NCBI RefSeq assembly: GCF_002113885.1
Contig: NW_018408703.1
Coordinates: 746,036 to 810,035 of the forward strand
DNA: 64,000 nt
From: Mizuhopecten yessoensis
Lineage: Eukaryota
Reading direction: 5' to 3'
Part shown: positions 60,851 through 64,000 of the stretch, piece after piece
Layout: each line of letters opens with the position of its first letter
Position numbering within the stretch: position 1 is the first letter of the stretch
Notes under the pieces: generated by a model
Database searches by the model: none
Told to the model about the DNA's origin: nothing
Seen by the model: only the letters and a program-made list of their open reading frames with translations
Translations under genes and position numbers: made by a program

Positions 60851-63466
60851 AAGTAAATAGATAGTAAATAACTGAAAAAGAATTACTTGATCCTTTAACA
60901 AAATTTGTTTAGTATCAACACGGACTTGGATAGCTAGTTCCGTGGCATCAAGTTAAAATAATAAAACAGAGTTCTATAAGAATAATTTAATTGTCCTAAA
61001 ATAATTCAAATTGTTACAGTTTGAGGCGTTTTTAAAAAACCGAATTAAAGTTAATGTTAATATACAATTTTTAATTGAAGTTTGTTTGTAAATATATAAT
61101 AGATACAGCACGAATCCCTCATACAAGGGTGCTAGTAGCTTACATTTCAAGAATGATATCCGTTTCATATACACCCCATCTTTTTGGTGGTGTTTTTAGA
61201 TGCCGCGAGGACCTTAAGGTGGCTCCAAACATCGTCATCAGCGTCCATTTTCGTGACGTACTTCCGGAAAAAGTCCAGCTCGGACTCAATTATCTTGATC
61301 GAAATGTGCATGTACACCGTGTCGTCATTTCCGTATTGCGTATCGGGCATTCAATATCGTAGTGCAAATTATAGTAACACCTGGGCCGTTTTCGTTTAAA
61401 CGGTCAAATCGATCGGACCACTGTTGTTCGTTTATTAAATAAGGTCGGACCTAGTAATCTGATGCTGCTTTCAGGCGAGTCTTGAGAAAGACTTGCAAGG
61501 CCTGCATACACATTTGCAGGTCCGCCAGGATTTATACCCTAAATTGTTACATTTATAAACGGTCAAACCGATTGTTCCGCATAAACGAACAGGCCCCTTG
61601 TAAACAATAGTACACATGCGTGCCGATATGTTAACACCCGATAATCACACGTCCTTCAGGAATAAAGCTTTCCAATTCATAGACATAAACAGACTCACGG
61701 GAACACAGTGTCATGAGACCAGACGACCTCAAGAAGGTCATATAGGAAACACATGGAATGCGGACGTACCGACCTCGCATGTGCATATCACGCGCTTACA
61801 CGAGTTCATAAGCTCGATGTCGTTACGATTTTCGCTGTAAATCGTGTTTACGAATGTAGTCTGCTTACTCTGTTAAAATAATGTTTTGTAAAATATAAAG
61901 ATACCTATGAAATACATGTGTGAGTGCACGTGAGAACGGCATACCATGCGATAGCCTCTGGTCACATATGTACCTGAAATGTAATTATAAATATACCGTG
62001 AGTTAGCGGACTCTGGAATGATGTCGAAAGTGTACATGACTGAGGGTAATTTGTTTCCATTAAAGAACAATAAATTGATAATTTTTTGATATCATATTTT
62101 TGATTTATTTCGATCATTTTTGTTATATGTAAACAGAGACAACTGGCATTGTGTAAATGTCATCCCTCTGCAAAAAGTTCCGATTTTTTTCGAAAAAGAT
62201 AACTCTCACCCGGATCAAAGTGATTGTAAAATGTAAAATAAAATAATTATAGAGCCATTGTGTATATTTTGTTCGATTTCCCATTCTATATGTATAGATC
62301 TTTGTGTCCTGTTTGCTTTTAGCTTGTAGATAATCACTTTTATCCGTACAAATTCAATAAAAAACACTTTGTGTAACATGTGTTACATATTTTGCGACAA
62401 ATAAAATATTCGTAGGGTTAATAAGAAATGCTTCTTTTCATTTTATTTTTGTTGTTATTGTTCCGAACAATGATACACACAAAAAAAACCGGAAAGTATT
62501 AAAATTGACGAAAATTCATTTTTTTGGATTTTTTCCAAAAAAACCCCCAAACTATCGGAATGATTAGATTTTCATAAAATCAACTCTACATAGTTGCATA
62601 ACCATTATATGAAAGTTTCAACGATTTTTTCTGGTTAATTGCGAAAGGGTGGGGCCACCTTAATACCAAACGACAATGCGGAAAAACACACGAGTTACTT
62701 CCCTTACCCCTACAGACACACTACGTATAATGAAATTAATCGATTCAAATGTTTTTCTCTCAATTCTGTTTTGCATATTAATATTTAATTTTACCAACCT
62801 TTAAATCGATTAAATAAGTTAGGATGACAGCGCTTCATCGTTTTACCGAATAAGAACCAGTTCCTAGTCATATTGTTCGTAATTGTCATTTTAGTTCTTA
62901 TTTCAATTTGTAAGGAAGCATTATATTCATCATATAAACTCACTGACATCCTTTCAAAGGAATAATTATTTTTGTGTATTTTCAATTTAAATAAATATGT
63001 GCCCTTAATTTCTCAATAAAATAATGTACTATGAACTTCTTATAAGAGCTATACATATGTTTAGCATGTGTAGTTTATGGTAAAACTGTGATAAAACCGT
63101 CATACACCGCGTCATTTACCACCCTCCTTCCGAAACGGAAAGCAACCTATTTTGAATATTGGTAATCTTATCTTGACCGGCAAGTAGTACTGATCTAAAC
63201 TTGACGTAACTGCTGATGCTGATGCTCGAAAGTGAGTTTGGATGGGCATGGTCTCTCATAAACTTAATGTATTCATCACCAGTGAGATTAATTCTATTTT
63301 TAGAGTCCACACCTTCCATTTTTTACTCTAACCTCTTTGATACCAAGGATAATCGATAGGGTGACCATCTTGCAATACTTTTGAAGCTCTCCGAACCTTC
63401 TTGAGAACGTAAAGTGGTATCTTTCAGAAAATTCCGGGACTAATAGAATCTTCCTATTCCTTTAGT

Positions 63467-63580
63467 GTGTGAGAGAGAAATCTCCAACCCGAGGGATGAG
63501 ATTCTTGATTGTCTTACCCGAGGCTTTGCCGATGACATTCGAAAAAAATCATCCGGGGGTTAGAATTTTCTCTGTCACAC
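63467..63580. repeat. Decayed palindrome with CCCGAGGC-TTT-GCCGA centre
   Basis: GTGTGAGAGAGAAA...TTTCTCTGTCACAC outer arms. Confidence 0.6.
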
Positions 63581-64000
63581 CCTCAAGGTAGGGGATGATG
63601 CTGTTCTCCCATCTAGTATACCAGGGGTGATTGCATGAATTATAAGCGTTGATTGCATGTTTTGCCAGCAAATCCAGAGTTTTCTTCCGTGGTCGGCTAC
63701 TGTTGATGTGACGTCAATGCATTGATGATTCGACGTCATACTATTGTTTAGACTGAGATCGCGCCATTCTGCACGAGGCTGTCTCCCCCTAGGATGTGGC
63801 AAGCTGATCTTGTCCGGCTTGAAAGGGAGACACACTTGTAAACGGTTGGAGAAAAGTATTTCTCCCACCCTTCACAGGTGTATCTCCCGTTTTAGCCGGG
63901 AAAGATCAGCTTGTCACCCCTTAAGGAGAGCAAGCCTCGTGTCGATTAGCACGTGTTCGATTGTGACGTCATTAAAATGTGTCACTGGCAATTGTGACGA

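Overview
AT-rich, intron-rich animal DNA, most likely a bivalve mollusc (inferred from the SINE/Helentron repeat families and the H1 organisation). From left to right: (1) the first 14 coding exons of CFAP91/MAATS1 on the minus strand (886-11167, gene continues past the left edge), with introns full of tiny MITEs and V-domain SINEs. (2) A possible divergent spliced transcript, then a decayed five-exon PIF/Harbinger (HARBI1-like) transposase with its left TIR (14059-19224). (3) A minus-strand, multi-exon SABATH-family (Methyltransf_7) SAM-dependent methyltransferase (22501 to about 30580, 5' end unresolved). (4) A decayed CR1-type LINE (35.4-37.9 kb). (5) A tandem array of three intact, intronless histone H1 genes without core histones (about 40.6-60.4 kb). 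The array spacers carry complementary remnants of one I-group LINE, a FLYWCH/Mutator (Phantom-like) deletion derivative whose empty site is visible in the sister unit, and an unexplained multi-hairpin element. (6) Long palindromes with a shared central motif, and orphan coding-like remnants at the right end. No CRISPR, rRNA or bona fide tRNA gene was seen. All coordinates were read by eye and no searches were run.
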